Numbered from the stretch's first letter, positions 10,319 to 19,563 are shown. The stretch is DNA of 64,000 bases from Alphaproteobacteria bacterium (GCA_028821995.1 JAPKEQ010000001.1:5620-69619); one strand, 5' to 3'. Notes: generated by a model from the sequence alone, not told the origin. Numbers and translations are program-made.

Positions 10319-11863
10319 CTATAAAACTCTCAATTTTGCATTTGGATCTACAACCATCTTCACTTTTTGTCCGGCGCGCACATTTTCTCCTTTATGCAAG
10401 CCGTTCAATAACCTAAACCATTCTTCCTGATATACATCAAATGGCAGCTCCTTTGAAAGGGTTTTTACGCTTTCACCGCGGCGTACAGTACGAATACCAA
10501 TATGCTGGCTTTTTATAAGCTTGCTTTGTCCTGGTGTAAGTTTTGCCATGGAGTTTGCCATCATATTTGCGGCAGCCATAATACTTTTATCAGCAGAGGC
10601 CTGGCCATTTCGCACCATTGCAACCACAAGAGCCGCTTTACCTGTTTTATTATGCTTACCAAGTGCCGCCACATAATGAACCTTCTTGCCGCTGGCTACG
10701 CCCTCAGCAACAGCCACCTGCAAAGGTGCATTTTTAATAACCTTCAAGCCGCTTGCGCCCTTAAGCACCTCCATCATTGCGGTTTTAATATCTGTATTAG
10801 TGGTAATTTTTTCAAAAACTTTGACATCTAATACAGCTTTTTTGTAAGGATCCACCGCCAGAGGCATACCATCCATACCATTCACAAGAAACTGCCTTGG
10901 AATATCAAAACGCACGCCATATGCTGGGCTCAAGTAGCGGTGCTGACTCACCACGCCTTCTTCAAGCTTTGGCCCAAAAGCAAGCCCATCAATCATTTTT
11001 AAGTAACGCTCTTGGTGATTACTCGCACGCGGGTTTACCCCAGCACTGCTTGCGGCCTGATTAATACGCGTCATATCATCGGGGTGGCTTGCAAGTGCGC
11101 GGTGAAACATACTCTTAGAGCCTGTCTCTCCTGCGCTTGCCATAATAGATTCATTCAGCTTGCCGTAAGCATCAAACATACGGAACACATCACTAGACTC
11201 AAACGCAGGGTAGCCAAGTTTTGACATATAGCGCACACCAAGCGTATCAGCTTCAAGCTCCTGCGCGCGGCTAAAGTGCGCCATACCAAATGGAATTGCA
11301 AAAGAAGCAGCTGTCATTGCGCCTCTTGCAAGGTCGCTACTATCTGTCTGTTCTGCTAGTGCATATGAGGCAATAAGCATTGCACCCGTTGTAAGGAGCT
11401 GTCTTGAATGACTACGGACATGGTGCTTACCTGTTACGTGCCCCACTTCATGGCCAAGTACAAACACCATCTCGGCTTCGTTTTGGAAAAACGGAAGAAT
11501 ACCACGAGAAACCATAACGTACCCCGGCACGGCAAATGCGTTCATAATAGGGTCATCAAGAAGCTCCGCTTCAAATGGTTTATCAGAGCGCTCCCCTACA
11601 GCAGCAATTCTTGCCACCCGGTCTCTTATGTAAGATGTAAGCTCTGGCTTGCCTTTGTACTGTCCGCCAAACTCTGTTACAGATTTTTTAGCAACGTCAC
11701 GCCCCATAGCAAACTCTTGCTGTTCACTCATAAGAGAGAGCATTCTATCTCCCGTGGCGGGATTTTGCTGAAGCCCACAAGCTCCAATAAGCATTGCAAG
11801 GCTCAGTGCCCCATACTGTCTGATTTTCATCTGACGGATTCCTTGTTTATTTGCCGAGAACAT
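10319..11863 (-). CDS. M48 family zinc metallopeptidase with a C-terminal LysM-like domain (BepA/YfgC-like). The true start is probably the internal MKIRQYGALSLAMLIGACG, near 11830
   Basis: HEVGHVTGKHH (HExxH) zinc site, a lipoprotein-like signal, and a C-terminal SVKTLSKELPFDVYQEEWFRLLNGL...VRAGQKVKM segment that resembles LysM. Confidence 0.82.
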   Translation of the reverse strand: MFSANKQGIRQMKIRQYGALSLAMLIGACGLQQNPATGDRMLSLMSEQQEFAMGRDVAKKSVTEFGGQYKGKPELTSYIRDRVARIAAVGERSDKPFEAELLDDPIMNAFAVPGYVMVSRGILPFFQNEAEMVFVLGHEVGHVTGKHHVRSHSRQLLTTGAMLIASYALAEQTDSSDLARGAMTAASFAIPFGMAHFSRAQELEADTLGVRYMSKLGYPAFESSDVFRMFDAYGKLNESIMASAGETGSKSMFHRALASHPDDMTRINQAASSAGVNPRASNHQERYLKMIDGLAFGPKLEEGVVSQHRYLSPAYGVRFDIPRQFLVNGMDGMPLAVDPYKKAVLDVKVFEKITTNTDIKTAMMEVLKGASGLKVIKNAPLQVAVAEGVASGKKVHYVAALGKHNKTGKAALVVAMVRNGQASADKSIMAAANMMANSMAKLTPGQSKLIKSQHIGIRTVRRGESVKTLSKELPFDVYQEEWFRLLNGLHKGENVRAGQKVKMVVDPNAKLRVL

Positions 11864-12323
11864 ATTTTGAAATATCTGTCATGTCACAGTTCATTGCACC
11901 TGCAATAGATACAACTGTACCCATTTCAGCGTAGAGAGCTGCATTTTTAACCTGATCTTTTGAAGACACTTTTCTAAGAAGCTGCTTCACACGGTTTAAG
12001 TGATCATCGCACTGCACTTTGCCGCCGCCAACACTACCGCCAAAAACTTCTGCCACAACAGATGCATCAGATTGAGCGCCTTTACCATTACAACTTGCTT
12101 TTGCTTTTTCTGCCGCCCCGCGGACAAGTTGCTCAATACGGTCTGTACTATAAAGTCCATACCCATCTGTATCATAACCAATAGGACGACCAAGGTACGC
12201 TTCAAAAGGGTTAGGTTGACGCTCTACGCCCACACGCTTCTTAACCGTTGTTCTATCCGCAGCATACGCGTTTGCAGCCATGCAAAGCGTGATACCCATA
12301 CATACGTAAACACATTTCTTCAT
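11847..12323 (-). CDS. Hypothetical secreted protein. Start placed at MKKCVYVC, which has the signal peptide
   Basis: Signal peptide (ITLCMAANAYAA) and several Cys. No domain recognised. Confidence 0.5.
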   Translation of the reverse strand: MKKCVYVCMGITLCMAANAYAADRTTVKKRVGVERQPNPFEAYLGRPIGYDTDGYGLYSTDRIEQLVRGAAEKAKASCNGKGAQSDASVVAEVFGGSVGGGKVQCDDHLNRVKQLLRKVSSKDQVKNAALYAEMGTVVSIAGAMNCDMTDISKYVLGK

Positions 12324-12445
12324 GGGCTCTACTATACTGCACTTCATCTGTTTAAACAAAGAAAGAAAACCATGCTTGAGACTGTTTATAAAGACGTGTA
12401 AGATACACTTCATAAAAATTATAAAAACAAGAAGGCATATACCTT

Positions 12446-14152
12446 ATGCATAAGCATGACATGTTGATTGTCGGCGCTGGCCTTGCGGGTCTTCGCGCTG
12501 CATTTGAAGGCATCACAGCTGGTCTCAGCGTTGCCGTTATCACTAAAGTTCACCCACTTCGTTCTCACTCTTGCGCAGCCCAGGGCGGTGTAAATGCCGC
12601 AATTAACAAACAAGATAACTGGGAAGATCATGCCTACGATACGGTAAAGGGATCTGACTACCTTGGTGACCAAGACTCAATCGACATTATGTGTAAAGAA
12701 GCGCCTCAAGCCGTACTCGACCTTGACGACATGGGCTGCCCATTCTCACGCGAAGACGATGGTTCGATTGCACAGCGCGCCTTTGGCGGAGCAAGCTTCC
12801 CACGTACAGCTTACGCAGCTGACCGTACAGGCCATGCTATGCTTCACACACTTTGGGAGCAATCTATTAAAAACGGCGTACAAGTTTTTGACGAATACCA
12901 CCTTCTTGAAATTACCGTAGATAAAAAAAGCGGCCGCGCATCTGGCGCTATTGCTGTAAACATCGCAACAGGTAAAATTGAGCAATTCGCCTCTAAGTCT
13001 ATTCTGATTGCAACTGGTGGCTATGGCCGCCTGTTCCACTCTAATACAAACGCCATGATCAACACTGGTGATGGGATTGCCCTTGCCATGAAAGCAGGTG
13101 CACCTGCCGCTGATCTTGAATTTGTTCAGTTCCACCCAACGGGGCTTAAATCATCAGGTATCCTCATTAGTGAGGGTGTACGTGGTGAAGGGGCTTACCT
13201 GATTGGCAAAGACGGTAAACGCTTTATGCAGAAGTACGCACCTAATAAGCTTGAACTAGCTTCACGCGATGTTGTTTCTCGCTCTGAAATGATGGAAATT
13301 ATGAACGGTAATGGCGAAGACGGCGCTATTTTCCTGGATGTACGCCACCTTGGTAAAGAGCTCATCCTTGAGCGTCTGCCACAAATTCGTCAGCTTTCAA
13401 TTGATTTTGAAGGCGTTGATCCCATTGATGCGCCAATTCCAGTTAAGCCAACATGCCACTACACAATGGGCGGTATCCGCACAGATAAACTTGGCATGAG
13501 CAACTACCTCCCTGGCCTCTTTGCTGCAGGTGAAGCTGCTTGTGTGAGCGTACACGGCTCAAACCGCCTTGGGGCTAATTCTCTGCTTGAAGGTATTGTG
13601 TTTGGTAAAATTACCGGAAAAGAAATGGTGCGCTACATGACTGAAGAAGGCAAAGCGCAACCAGCAACTGATACATCTGATCTTGCAAACGTCCAGCGCG
13701 ATGTAGCGAACCTGAAAGCTCGCAAAAAAGAAGGCGGCGTGCGCGCGCATGATATTCGTGAGAAGCTGACAAAAGACCTTGATATGTACTGCAACGTTTT
13801 CCGTGAGGAAAAAACGCTTCTTAAAGCACGTAAATCTGTAGAAAAAGCCAAGAGTGATTTTGAAAAAGTTTACGTGGACGATAAAGCAGATGAATTCAAC
13901 ACGGATCTCCTTACAACAATTGAGCTTGGTAACCTTATTATCCTTGCAGAAGGTACTGTTGAAAGCGCTATTGCACGTAAAGAATCTCGCGGTGCACATA
14001 CACGTGAAGAGTACCCAGATCGTGATGATGAAAACTGGATGAAACACTCTATTGCAAGCTGGAACCACAACAAAAATGGTATTGAGCTAGACTACGAAGA
14101 AGTACGTACAACAGGTAACCCTAAATACGCGCCTGCAGTACGTAGCTATTAA
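12446..14152 (+). CDS. Succinate dehydrogenase/fumarate reductase flavoprotein-family FAD protein (SdhA/FrdA-like), orphan
   Basis: MLIVGAGLAGLRAA dinucleotide fold, RSHSCAAQGG (covalent-FAD His context), a capping domain, and the C-terminal ESRGAHTREEYPDRDDENWMKHS typical of SdhA/FrdA. No sdhB/C/D adjacent. Confidence 0.8.
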   Translation: MHKHDMLIVGAGLAGLRAAFEGITAGLSVAVITKVHPLRSHSCAAQGGVNAAINKQDNWEDHAYDTVKGSDYLGDQDSIDIMCKEAPQAVLDLDDMGCPFSREDDGSIAQRAFGGASFPRTAYAADRTGHAMLHTLWEQSIKNGVQVFDEYHLLEITVDKKSGRASGAIAVNIATGKIEQFASKSILIATGGYGRLFHSNTNAMINTGDGIALAMKAGAPAADLEFVQFHPTGLKSSGILISEGVRGEGAYLIGKDGKRFMQKYAPNKLELASRDVVSRSEMMEIMNGNGEDGAIFLDVRHLGKELILERLPQIRQLSIDFEGVDPIDAPIPVKPTCHYTMGGIRTDKLGMSNYLPGLFAAGEAACVSVHGSNRLGANSLLEGIVFGKITGKEMVRYMTEEGKAQPATDTSDLANVQRDVANLKARKKEGGVRAHDIREKLTKDLDMYCNVFREEKTLLKARKSVEKAKSDFEKVYVDDKADEFNTDLLTTIELGNLIILAEGTVESAIARKESRGAHTREEYPDRDDENWMKHSIASWNHNKNGIELDYEEVRTTGNPKYAPAVRSY

Positions 14153-14183
14153 ACACATATAAAAACAAGGAAAGGGCAAACCC

Positions 14184-14645
14184 ATGCTTGACCAAATTAA
14201 AGAACAAAATAAATGTATCCGTGAGCTGCTATTCACAGTACTTGAAACACTCAGCGGCGTACTGGTTGCAGGTGCCCTTATCCTTATCTTCTTTGGAACA
14301 TGGGTTACAACTGGCGGCTTTATTGTCGGCTTTATTTCTGCTGTTGTGACAGCTGCTATCGCCTTTGTTGCTTTTGCATTCACATTCGGAATTCTGTTCA
14401 TGATGATGGATATTAAAGAAAATTCTGAGCGTACAGCCGTTGCTATGGAAAAGCTAGCTGGCATGACTGAAGCCTCTCAAAAAGCGGCAGCAAAGCCAGC
14501 GTCTAGCAAAACTGCTGCAAAGCCTATTGCTAAACCTGCAGTTAAAAAAGCAGCGCCTAAAAAAGTGGCTACTAAGAAGCCCGTTGCCAAGAAGGCGCCT
14601 GCTAAAAAGCCAGCAACTAAAAAAGCCCCTGCTAAGAAAAAGTAA
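14184..14645 (+). CDS. Membrane-anchored protein with a lysine/alanine/proline-rich histone H1-like tail
   Basis: Two predicted TM helices, then the C-terminal AAKPASSKTAAKPIAKPAVKKAAPKKVATKKPVAKKAPAKKPATKKAPAKKK repeats. Confidence 0.65.
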   Translation: MLDQIKEQNKCIRELLFTVLETLSGVLVAGALILIFFGTWVTTGGFIVGFISAVVTAAIAFVAFAFTFGILFMMMDIKENSERTAVAMEKLAGMTEASQKAAAKPASSKTAAKPIAKPAVKKAAPKKVATKKPVAKKAPAKKPATKKAPAKKK

Positions 14646-14662
14646 TTTTTCATAAAGCATAC

Positions 14663-14692
14663 AAAAAGCCCTCCTTTACGGAGGGCTTTTTC
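14663..14692. terminator. Rho-independent terminator (bidirectional position)
   Basis: aaaaagccctcctttacggagggctttttcg between the convergent genes. Confidence 0.8.
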
Positions 14693-14699
14693 GATTGTA

Positions 14700-15041
14700 T
14701 TAAAATGCGCCCACATGAGAAATCATCTCAAAAACGGCCAAGAGCATAAGGGCTAGGCAACTTAAAGAAAGTGCGGCAAACATCCCAAAGAATGATGCAA
14801 ACCATTTTAGGGTATCATTAGGCTTGAAACGATGCCAAACCAACAAAATCAAAGTCAAAATAATTGTTGGCCATAAATAAAATGCAGGCACAATCAAAAG
14901 CAAGCCCTGCATATTTGCAGTATCAGAAGATGATGCAAAAACATAAACCAGCAAGGCAACGGAAGCGACAACGCCAATAATCGGCATAATCCAATATTTC
15001 ATGAGATAAACTCCTGAGAAAATGTGAAGAAAAGATATCAA
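14700..15041 (-). CDS. Small hypothetical integral membrane protein (about 3 TM)
   Basis: 113 aa, highly hydrophobic, with its own downstream terminator. Confidence 0.5.
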   Translation of the reverse strand: MISFLHIFSGVYLMKYWIMPIIGVVASVALLVYVFASSSDTANMQGLLLIVPAFYLWPTIILTLILLVWHRFKPNDTLKWFASFFGMFAALSLSCLALMLLAVFEMISHVGAF

Positions 15042-15089
15042 TCACCACAACAAGTATACAACATAATTAACTATGTCAAATATATATGC

Positions 15090-15120
15090 AAAAAGCCCCT
15101 GAAATTCAGAGGCTTTTTGT
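15090..15120 (-). terminator. Rho-independent terminator for the 15128-15505 gene
   Basis: caaaaagcctctgaatttcaggggctttttgc on the minus strand. Confidence 0.7.
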
Positions 15121-15127
15121 ACGTCGA

Positions 15128-15505
15128 TTAAAATCCGCTTCCAAAAATAAAAGACAAGACAGCACCAATCAAAGTGCCAATCACATATCCAGCAGGCAGA
15201 CCAATAATGGAACCTACCCATCCCCATATATAATTTGGCTTTAACTTATGGCCAATAAAAGGGATAATCAATGTTAAAGGGATCCAAAAACCACCACCAA
15301 GCACAATGAAAATAATGGCCTCATCCCAGCTATCACGAGAAGAAATCACAGAAAGTGTCAGCGCCAAACCACTCATTAAACCGAAAACAGGCAAAATCCA
15401 ATACAAGCCTTGATGAGGGTTTTTCAGAACAGCAATGCCGTTCCCCCAAATCAGCCAACCAGAAAAAAGCCCAAGGGCTAGAATAAAAAGAATAAGAATC
15501 ATCAT
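15128..15505 (-). CDS. Small hypothetical integral membrane protein (about 4 TM)
   Basis: 125 aa hydrophobic ORF. No recognisable family. Confidence 0.5.
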   Translation of the reverse strand: MMILILFILALGLFSGWLIWGNGIAVLKNPHQGLYWILPVFGLMSGLALTLSVISSRDSWDEAIIFIVLGGGFWIPLTLIIPFIGHKLKPNYIWGWVGSIIGLPAGYVIGTLIGAVLSFIFGSGF

Positions 15506-15601
15506 AGAAAAAACTCCCGAGAAAAAACGTAACGGAAAGATGTAAATTTCACCCCAATTTACGCAATAGGGTTTCTGCTGTCAAACAGATGATTAAAAAA
15601 C

Positions 15602-15634
15602 AAAAAGCCTCCGTAAAATACAGAGGCTTTTTTC
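15602..15634. terminator. Rho-independent terminator 3' of rppH
   Basis: aaaaagcctccgtaaaatacagaggcttttttcg. Confidence 0.75.
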
Positions 15635-15636
15635 GC

Positions 15637-16131
15637 TTAACCTTTACGGCTGTTCCAAAAGGCAAAGGCTTTTACGTAGCCATCGCGGCGCATGGGATCA
15701 ACATCCTTCATAATATCTTCAGGCTTCACCCAATTGCTGGCACGGAATTCTTTGTCCTGCGCCGTGGTCACATCAATCGCGTCTTTATCGCCTGTATAAC
15801 GGAAAAAGAACCATTGGTGGCAAGCGCCTTTCAGGTGCGCGCACTCAGGCTTGCGCTTCAGCATGCGTTCTTTAAAGTCAGCAGGCCAATCGTAAGAGGT
15901 CCAAAAGTCGGATGCCCCCAGTTGAACAAGGTCAGTTTCAACAACAGAGGTTTCTTCAAACAGTTCACGCACCACAGCGTCATAAGCATCTTCGCCCACG
16001 TCAACGCCGCCTTGCGGTAACTGCCAAGAACCAGGGCTATCTGCACGTTCAGCAACAAACACATGGCCGTTATCATCAAATAAAACAGCAATGGCGCCGG
16101 GGCGGTAATTTTTAAGATCAGGATTTTGCAT
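15637..16131 (-). CDS. rppH: RNA pyrophosphohydrolase RppH (Nudix). Start at MQNPDLKNYRP
   Basis: Nudix box GGVDVGEDAYDAVVRELFEETS, and an alphaproteobacterial RppH-like N-terminus YRPGAIAVLFDDNGHVFVAER. Confidence 0.88.
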   Translation of the reverse strand: MQNPDLKNYRPGAIAVLFDDNGHVFVAERADSPGSWQLPQGGVDVGEDAYDAVVRELFEETSVVETDLVQLGASDFWTSYDWPADFKERMLKRKPECAHLKGACHQWFFFRYTGDKDAIDVTTAQDKEFRASNWVKPEDIMKDVDPMRRDGYVKAFAFWNSRKG

Positions 16132-16242
16132 ATTCGCTTTCCTCTCATAATATTTGTAAAAGATAGACATAAGATATCAGAACTTTCTTCTTTATAGAGA
16201 ATTTTTCTAGACCTTGCAAGCTGTGCGCATTACATTGTTTTC

Positions 16243-16941
16243 ATGGAATTTACAACGCAGCTCATTAAAGGCACCTTCATTAAGCGCTATAAGCGTTTTT
16301 TTGTAGATGCAAAGCTTGAAAATGGTGAAACTATTGTGGCGCACTGCCCCAATACAGGCTCCATGAAGGGACTTATCCTTGAGGGTGCGCCTGTTTACTT
16401 AACCCCAAACGACGACCCGAAGCGTAAACTTAAATACACTTTTGAGATGATTGATGCAGGCACAAGCCTTGTGGGCGTAAACACGTCTCTACCCAATAAG
16501 GTTGTTGAAGAGGGCGTTGAAAAAGATTTGATTCCTGCGCTTCTTGGTTATTCAAATATCAGGCGTGAAGTAAAATATGGCGAGAATAGCCGCATTGATT
16601 TGCTGCTTGAATCTAAAGGTAAACCTAAATGCTATGTGGAAGTTAAAAACACAACCCTTGCAGAAGGCAAAACCGCTCTCTTCCCAGATTCAGTCACAAG
16701 TCGTGGCACAAAACACCTGCTTGAACTTGCTGAGATGGTAAAACAAGGGCACCGCTCTGTAATGGTATTTCTCTGCAACCGTGCAGACTGTGAAGAATTT
16801 AGCGTGGCTGATGAGATTGATAAGGTGTATGGCGAAACCTTTAGGTCTGTGTTAAAAGAAGGTGTTGAGGCAGTTTGCATGAAGGTACGCATCAGCCCAA
16901 ACGAAATTATTATTGATAAAGAAATTCCAATTAAGGTTTAA
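16243..16941 (+). CDS. sfsA: Sugar fermentation stimulation protein SfsA (DNA-binding)
   Basis: 232 aa with GTFIKRYKRFFVDAKLENGETIVAHCPNTGSM..., the canonical SfsA N-terminus. Confidence 0.88.
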   Translation: MEFTTQLIKGTFIKRYKRFFVDAKLENGETIVAHCPNTGSMKGLILEGAPVYLTPNDDPKRKLKYTFEMIDAGTSLVGVNTSLPNKVVEEGVEKDLIPALLGYSNIRREVKYGENSRIDLLLESKGKPKCYVEVKNTTLAEGKTALFPDSVTSRGTKHLLELAEMVKQGHRSVMVFLCNRADCEEFSVADEIDKVYGETFRSVLKEGVEAVCMKVRISPNEIIIDKEIPIKV

Positions 16942-16946
16942 ATATT

Positions 16947-17735
16947 GTGCGCATCAAACCAAAGAACAGTGTAGAACTCAAAAAAATGGCAGCAGCAAGC
17001 GAACTTGCCGCACGTACGCTGGATATGATCACCCCGCATATTAAGCCGGGTATTAGCACTGAGAAAATTGATCAGCTTTGCCATGAATTCATGATCAAAC
17101 ATAATGCTGTGCCTGCAACACTTGGGTATAGAGGCTTCCCTAAATCTTGCTGCACCAGCATCAACGATGTCATTTGCCACGGCATCCCTTCTGAAAAAGA
17201 TATTTTAAAGGATGGCGATATCATCAATGTAGATGTCACGGCTATTCTTGATGGCTATCACGGCGATACCTCTCGCATGTATCCTGTTGGAGATGTGAGC
17301 GAAGAGAATCGCCTCCTTATGCGCACGGCATATACCTGCATGATGGACGCCATTGATACTGTTAAAAGTGGTAGTTTCCTTGATGAAATCGGGAAAACAA
17401 TTCAAACTAAAGCTGAGGCACTTGGTTATGGCGTTGTCCGCGATTATTGCGGCCATGGCCTTGGGCGCGTTTTCCATGAAGACCCGATGGTGCTTCACTA
17501 CTACAGCGGCGACCCGCGCCAACATATCCGCTTGCGTAAAGGTTCAACATTCACCATTGAACCGATGATTAACATTGGCACATTTGATGGCGAAGTTATG
17601 GAAGATGACTGGACTGTGCGCACCAAAGACCGCAAAAATAGCGCCCAATACGAGCACACCATTGCCGTGACTGAGGGCGGGTCTGATATTCTGACCAAAT
17701 CGCCTGAGGGTTATACAGATAATTTAGACCTTTAA
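16947..17735 (+). CDS. map: Type I methionine aminopeptidase
   Basis: ICHGIP...DGDIINVDVT...GYHGDTS...GHGLGRVFHEDP metal-ligand motifs. Confidence 0.93.
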   Translation: MRIKPKNSVELKKMAAASELAARTLDMITPHIKPGISTEKIDQLCHEFMIKHNAVPATLGYRGFPKSCCTSINDVICHGIPSEKDILKDGDIINVDVTAILDGYHGDTSRMYPVGDVSEENRLLMRTAYTCMMDAIDTVKSGSFLDEIGKTIQTKAEALGYGVVRDYCGHGLGRVFHEDPMVLHYYSGDPRQHIRLRKGSTFTIEPMINIGTFDGEVMEDDWTVRTKDRKNSAQYEHTIAVTEGGSDILTKSPEGYTDNLDL

Positions 17736-17770
17736 AAAAATCCCGCTCATGTAGCGGGGATTTTCTTTTC
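17735..17770 (+). terminator. Rho-independent terminator
   Basis: aaaaaaatcccgctcatgtagcggggattttctttt. Confidence 0.8.
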
Positions 17771-17803
17771 TACTTCCCCCTATTATTTCAGTAACCGTTT
17801 AGG

Positions 17804-18538
17804 TTGCGTTTAAGTGCAAGGCTATGTATTTTAAATGCTATGAAACCTCTTAAAGTCAAAGAACAAAAAAGCCATTTTGAAGGCCACCGCGCGCGCCTGA
17901 AGGATCGTTTCGCCTCCCTTGGCGTCGACGGCCTTGCGGATTACGAGCTTTTAGAGCTTCTCCTCACTTACGCTATTCCGCGCCGAGACGTTAAACCTAT
18001 TGCCAAAGGCCTTATTTTGCATTTTGGATCTCTTGCTAAAGTATTTGAAGCTGAAAAACACGAACTGACTGAAGTAGATGGCATCGGCGACCACGTAGCC
18101 GCCCTTCTTATTTTATGCAGCGCTCTTGGGGTTCATACCAGCAAATCAAAGCTGCAAGAAAAACCCCACATGAATAATCTTGACGCAGTAATTCAATACC
18201 TTCACTCCCGCATGGATAGTCTAAAGCATGAAGAATTCCATGCCTTATTCTTTGATGCTAAAAATGGCCTTATCGCAGATGAAACGCTCTTTAAAGGATC
18301 AACAACAGGCTCTGCGGTTTACCCTAAAGAAGTGATTCGTAAGGCACTGGCCCATGGCGCATCAGCTCTTATCATCGCCCATAATCACCCGAGCGGAGAC
18401 ACATCGCCAAGCCCAGAAGACGAAGAAGTGACCATGCGCATTGCACAGGCTGGCATGATTATGGACATTACCCTCCACGATCATCTGATTATTGGCAAAA
18501 AAGGTCATTACAGCTTTGCAGAGAATGGTAAACTGTAA
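17804..18538 (+). CDS. radC: RadC-family JAB/MPN domain protein (UPF0758). Start may be the internal MKPLKV at 17840
   Basis: Helix-hairpin-helix N-region and the C-terminal HNHPSGDTSPSPEDEEVT JAMM-like motif. Confidence 0.85.
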   Translation: MRLSARLCILNAMKPLKVKEQKSHFEGHRARLKDRFASLGVDGLADYELLELLLTYAIPRRDVKPIAKGLILHFGSLAKVFEAEKHELTEVDGIGDHVAALLILCSALGVHTSKSKLQEKPHMNNLDAVIQYLHSRMDSLKHEEFHALFFDAKNGLIADETLFKGSTTGSAVYPKEVIRKALAHGASALIIAHNHPSGDTSPSPEDEEVTMRIAQAGMIMDITLHDHLIIGKKGHYSFAENGKL

Positions 18539-18577
18539 CAGCTTGTCTTTTCCTTAAATTTCTCTTACATTAACTTC

Positions 18578-18835
18578 ATGATGATGACAGTAGACGATGT
18601 AAAGAACTCTTTAACCTCTGCATTGCCAGAGGCTTGGATTCAAGTAGAAAGCCCAGACGACGTGCACTTTAGTGCTGTTGTTGTGTGTGATAGCTTTGAA
18701 GGTAAAACGCGCGTAGCGCGCCACCGTGATGTGTACGCAGCACTTGGTAATGCTTTTGATGGCCCTCTTCATGCTCTCGGCCTTACAACCCTTACGCCAG
18801 CGCAAGCCAAAGAGCGCGGCATTGAACTTTCTTAA
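18578..18835 (+). CDS. bolA: BolA family protein
   Basis: 85 aa with the BolA fold signature (VESPDDVHFSAVVVCDSFEGKTRVARHRDVYAAL). Confidence 0.85.
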   Translation: MMMTVDDVKNSLTSALPEAWIQVESPDDVHFSAVVVCDSFEGKTRVARHRDVYAALGNAFDGPLHALGLTTLTPAQAKERGIELS

Positions 18836-18852
18836 TTTAAGGATTTAAAATT

Positions 18853-19170
18853 ATGGACGCAAAAACACAGATCGAAACAATGATCAAAGAAAACCCAATC
18901 ATGCTTTTCATGAAGGGCGAAAAAGACATGCCAATGTGCGGATTTAGCGCGCAAGTGGTAAAAATCATGAACCTCTGCGGCGCTGAATTTACAAGCTTTA
19001 ACGTGCTTGATGATGATGGTGTACGCGAAGGCATTAAAGAATTTTCAAACTGGCCAACAATTCCTCAACTTTACGTAAATGGCGAATTTATTGGCGGATG
19101 CGACATCTGCACAGAAATGTATGGGGACGGTGAACTGCAAGAAGTTCTCGAAGGCGCTAAAGCTGCATAA
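18853..19170 (+). CDS. grxD: Monothiol glutaredoxin Grx4/GrxD
   Basis: CGFS active site (PMCGFSAQVV) and WPTIPQLYVNGEFIGGCD. A BolA-Grx4 gene pair. Confidence 0.92.
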   Translation: MDAKTQIETMIKENPIMLFMKGEKDMPMCGFSAQVVKIMNLCGAEFTSFNVLDDDGVREGIKEFSNWPTIPQLYVNGEFIGGCDICTEMYGDGELQEVLEGAKAA

Positions 19171-19187
19171 AGCAGACTTTCTCTTTC

Positions 19188-19220
19188 AAAGCCCCTCTTT
19201 TTAAAGGAGGGGCTTTTGAT
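19188..19220 (+). terminator. Rho-independent terminator
   Basis: aaagcccctctttttaaaggaggggcttttg. Confidence 0.8.
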
Positions 19221-19304
19221 TTGACAGACGCTTCATGGAAAGGTAGGTTCAAGAAGATTTATATATGTCTTCCGTTTCCCCTCTCTTTTTAGGAGTCTTT
19301 AAAC

Positions 19305-19553
19305 ATGCTACCTCAAACACCCTCACCGCGACCATTAAGCGATCCTGCCGGCAACAAACCTTACTTCCTTACCCAGTTCACGTCTCTTGTGAACAGCCTG
19401 GACATTCCGCAGCAAGCGCGCAACAACATGATAGGTGAAACCCATCAAATGATGGGAAAAGAAATTGGAAAATGGATTATCCAGCTTGAACACTACAAAG
19501 CGCAAGATCCTAAAGTAATCCGCCTTATCGGCGAACGCTACAACACAGAATAA
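19305..19553 (+). CDS. Hypothetical small protein (82 aa)
   Basis: ORF with a plausible RBS context (aggagtctttaaacATG) and followed by its own terminator. No motif. Confidence 0.45.
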   Translation: MLPQTPSPRPLSDPAGNKPYFLTQFTSLVNSLDIPQQARNNMIGETHQMMGKEIGKWIIQLEHYKAQDPKVIRLIGERYNTE

Positions 19554-19563
19554 TCGATTTTTC

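Noticed and set aside
12446-14152. Possibility that the flavoprotein is L-aspartate oxidase NadB
   Set aside because: The C-terminal ESRGAHTREEYPDRDDENWMKHS and the RSHS-AAQGG covalent-FAD context are SdhA/FrdA-like rather than NadB-like. Left as SdhA/FrdA family, pending phylogeny.
14454-14716. Minus-strand ORFs with AAFLAGAFL repeats
   Set aside because: Reverse-complement reading of the AKKP repeat region of the 14184 gene.
15589-16020. 143 aa plus-strand ORF
   Set aside because: Antisense or overlapping to rppH and starts inside the terminator hairpin. No motif.
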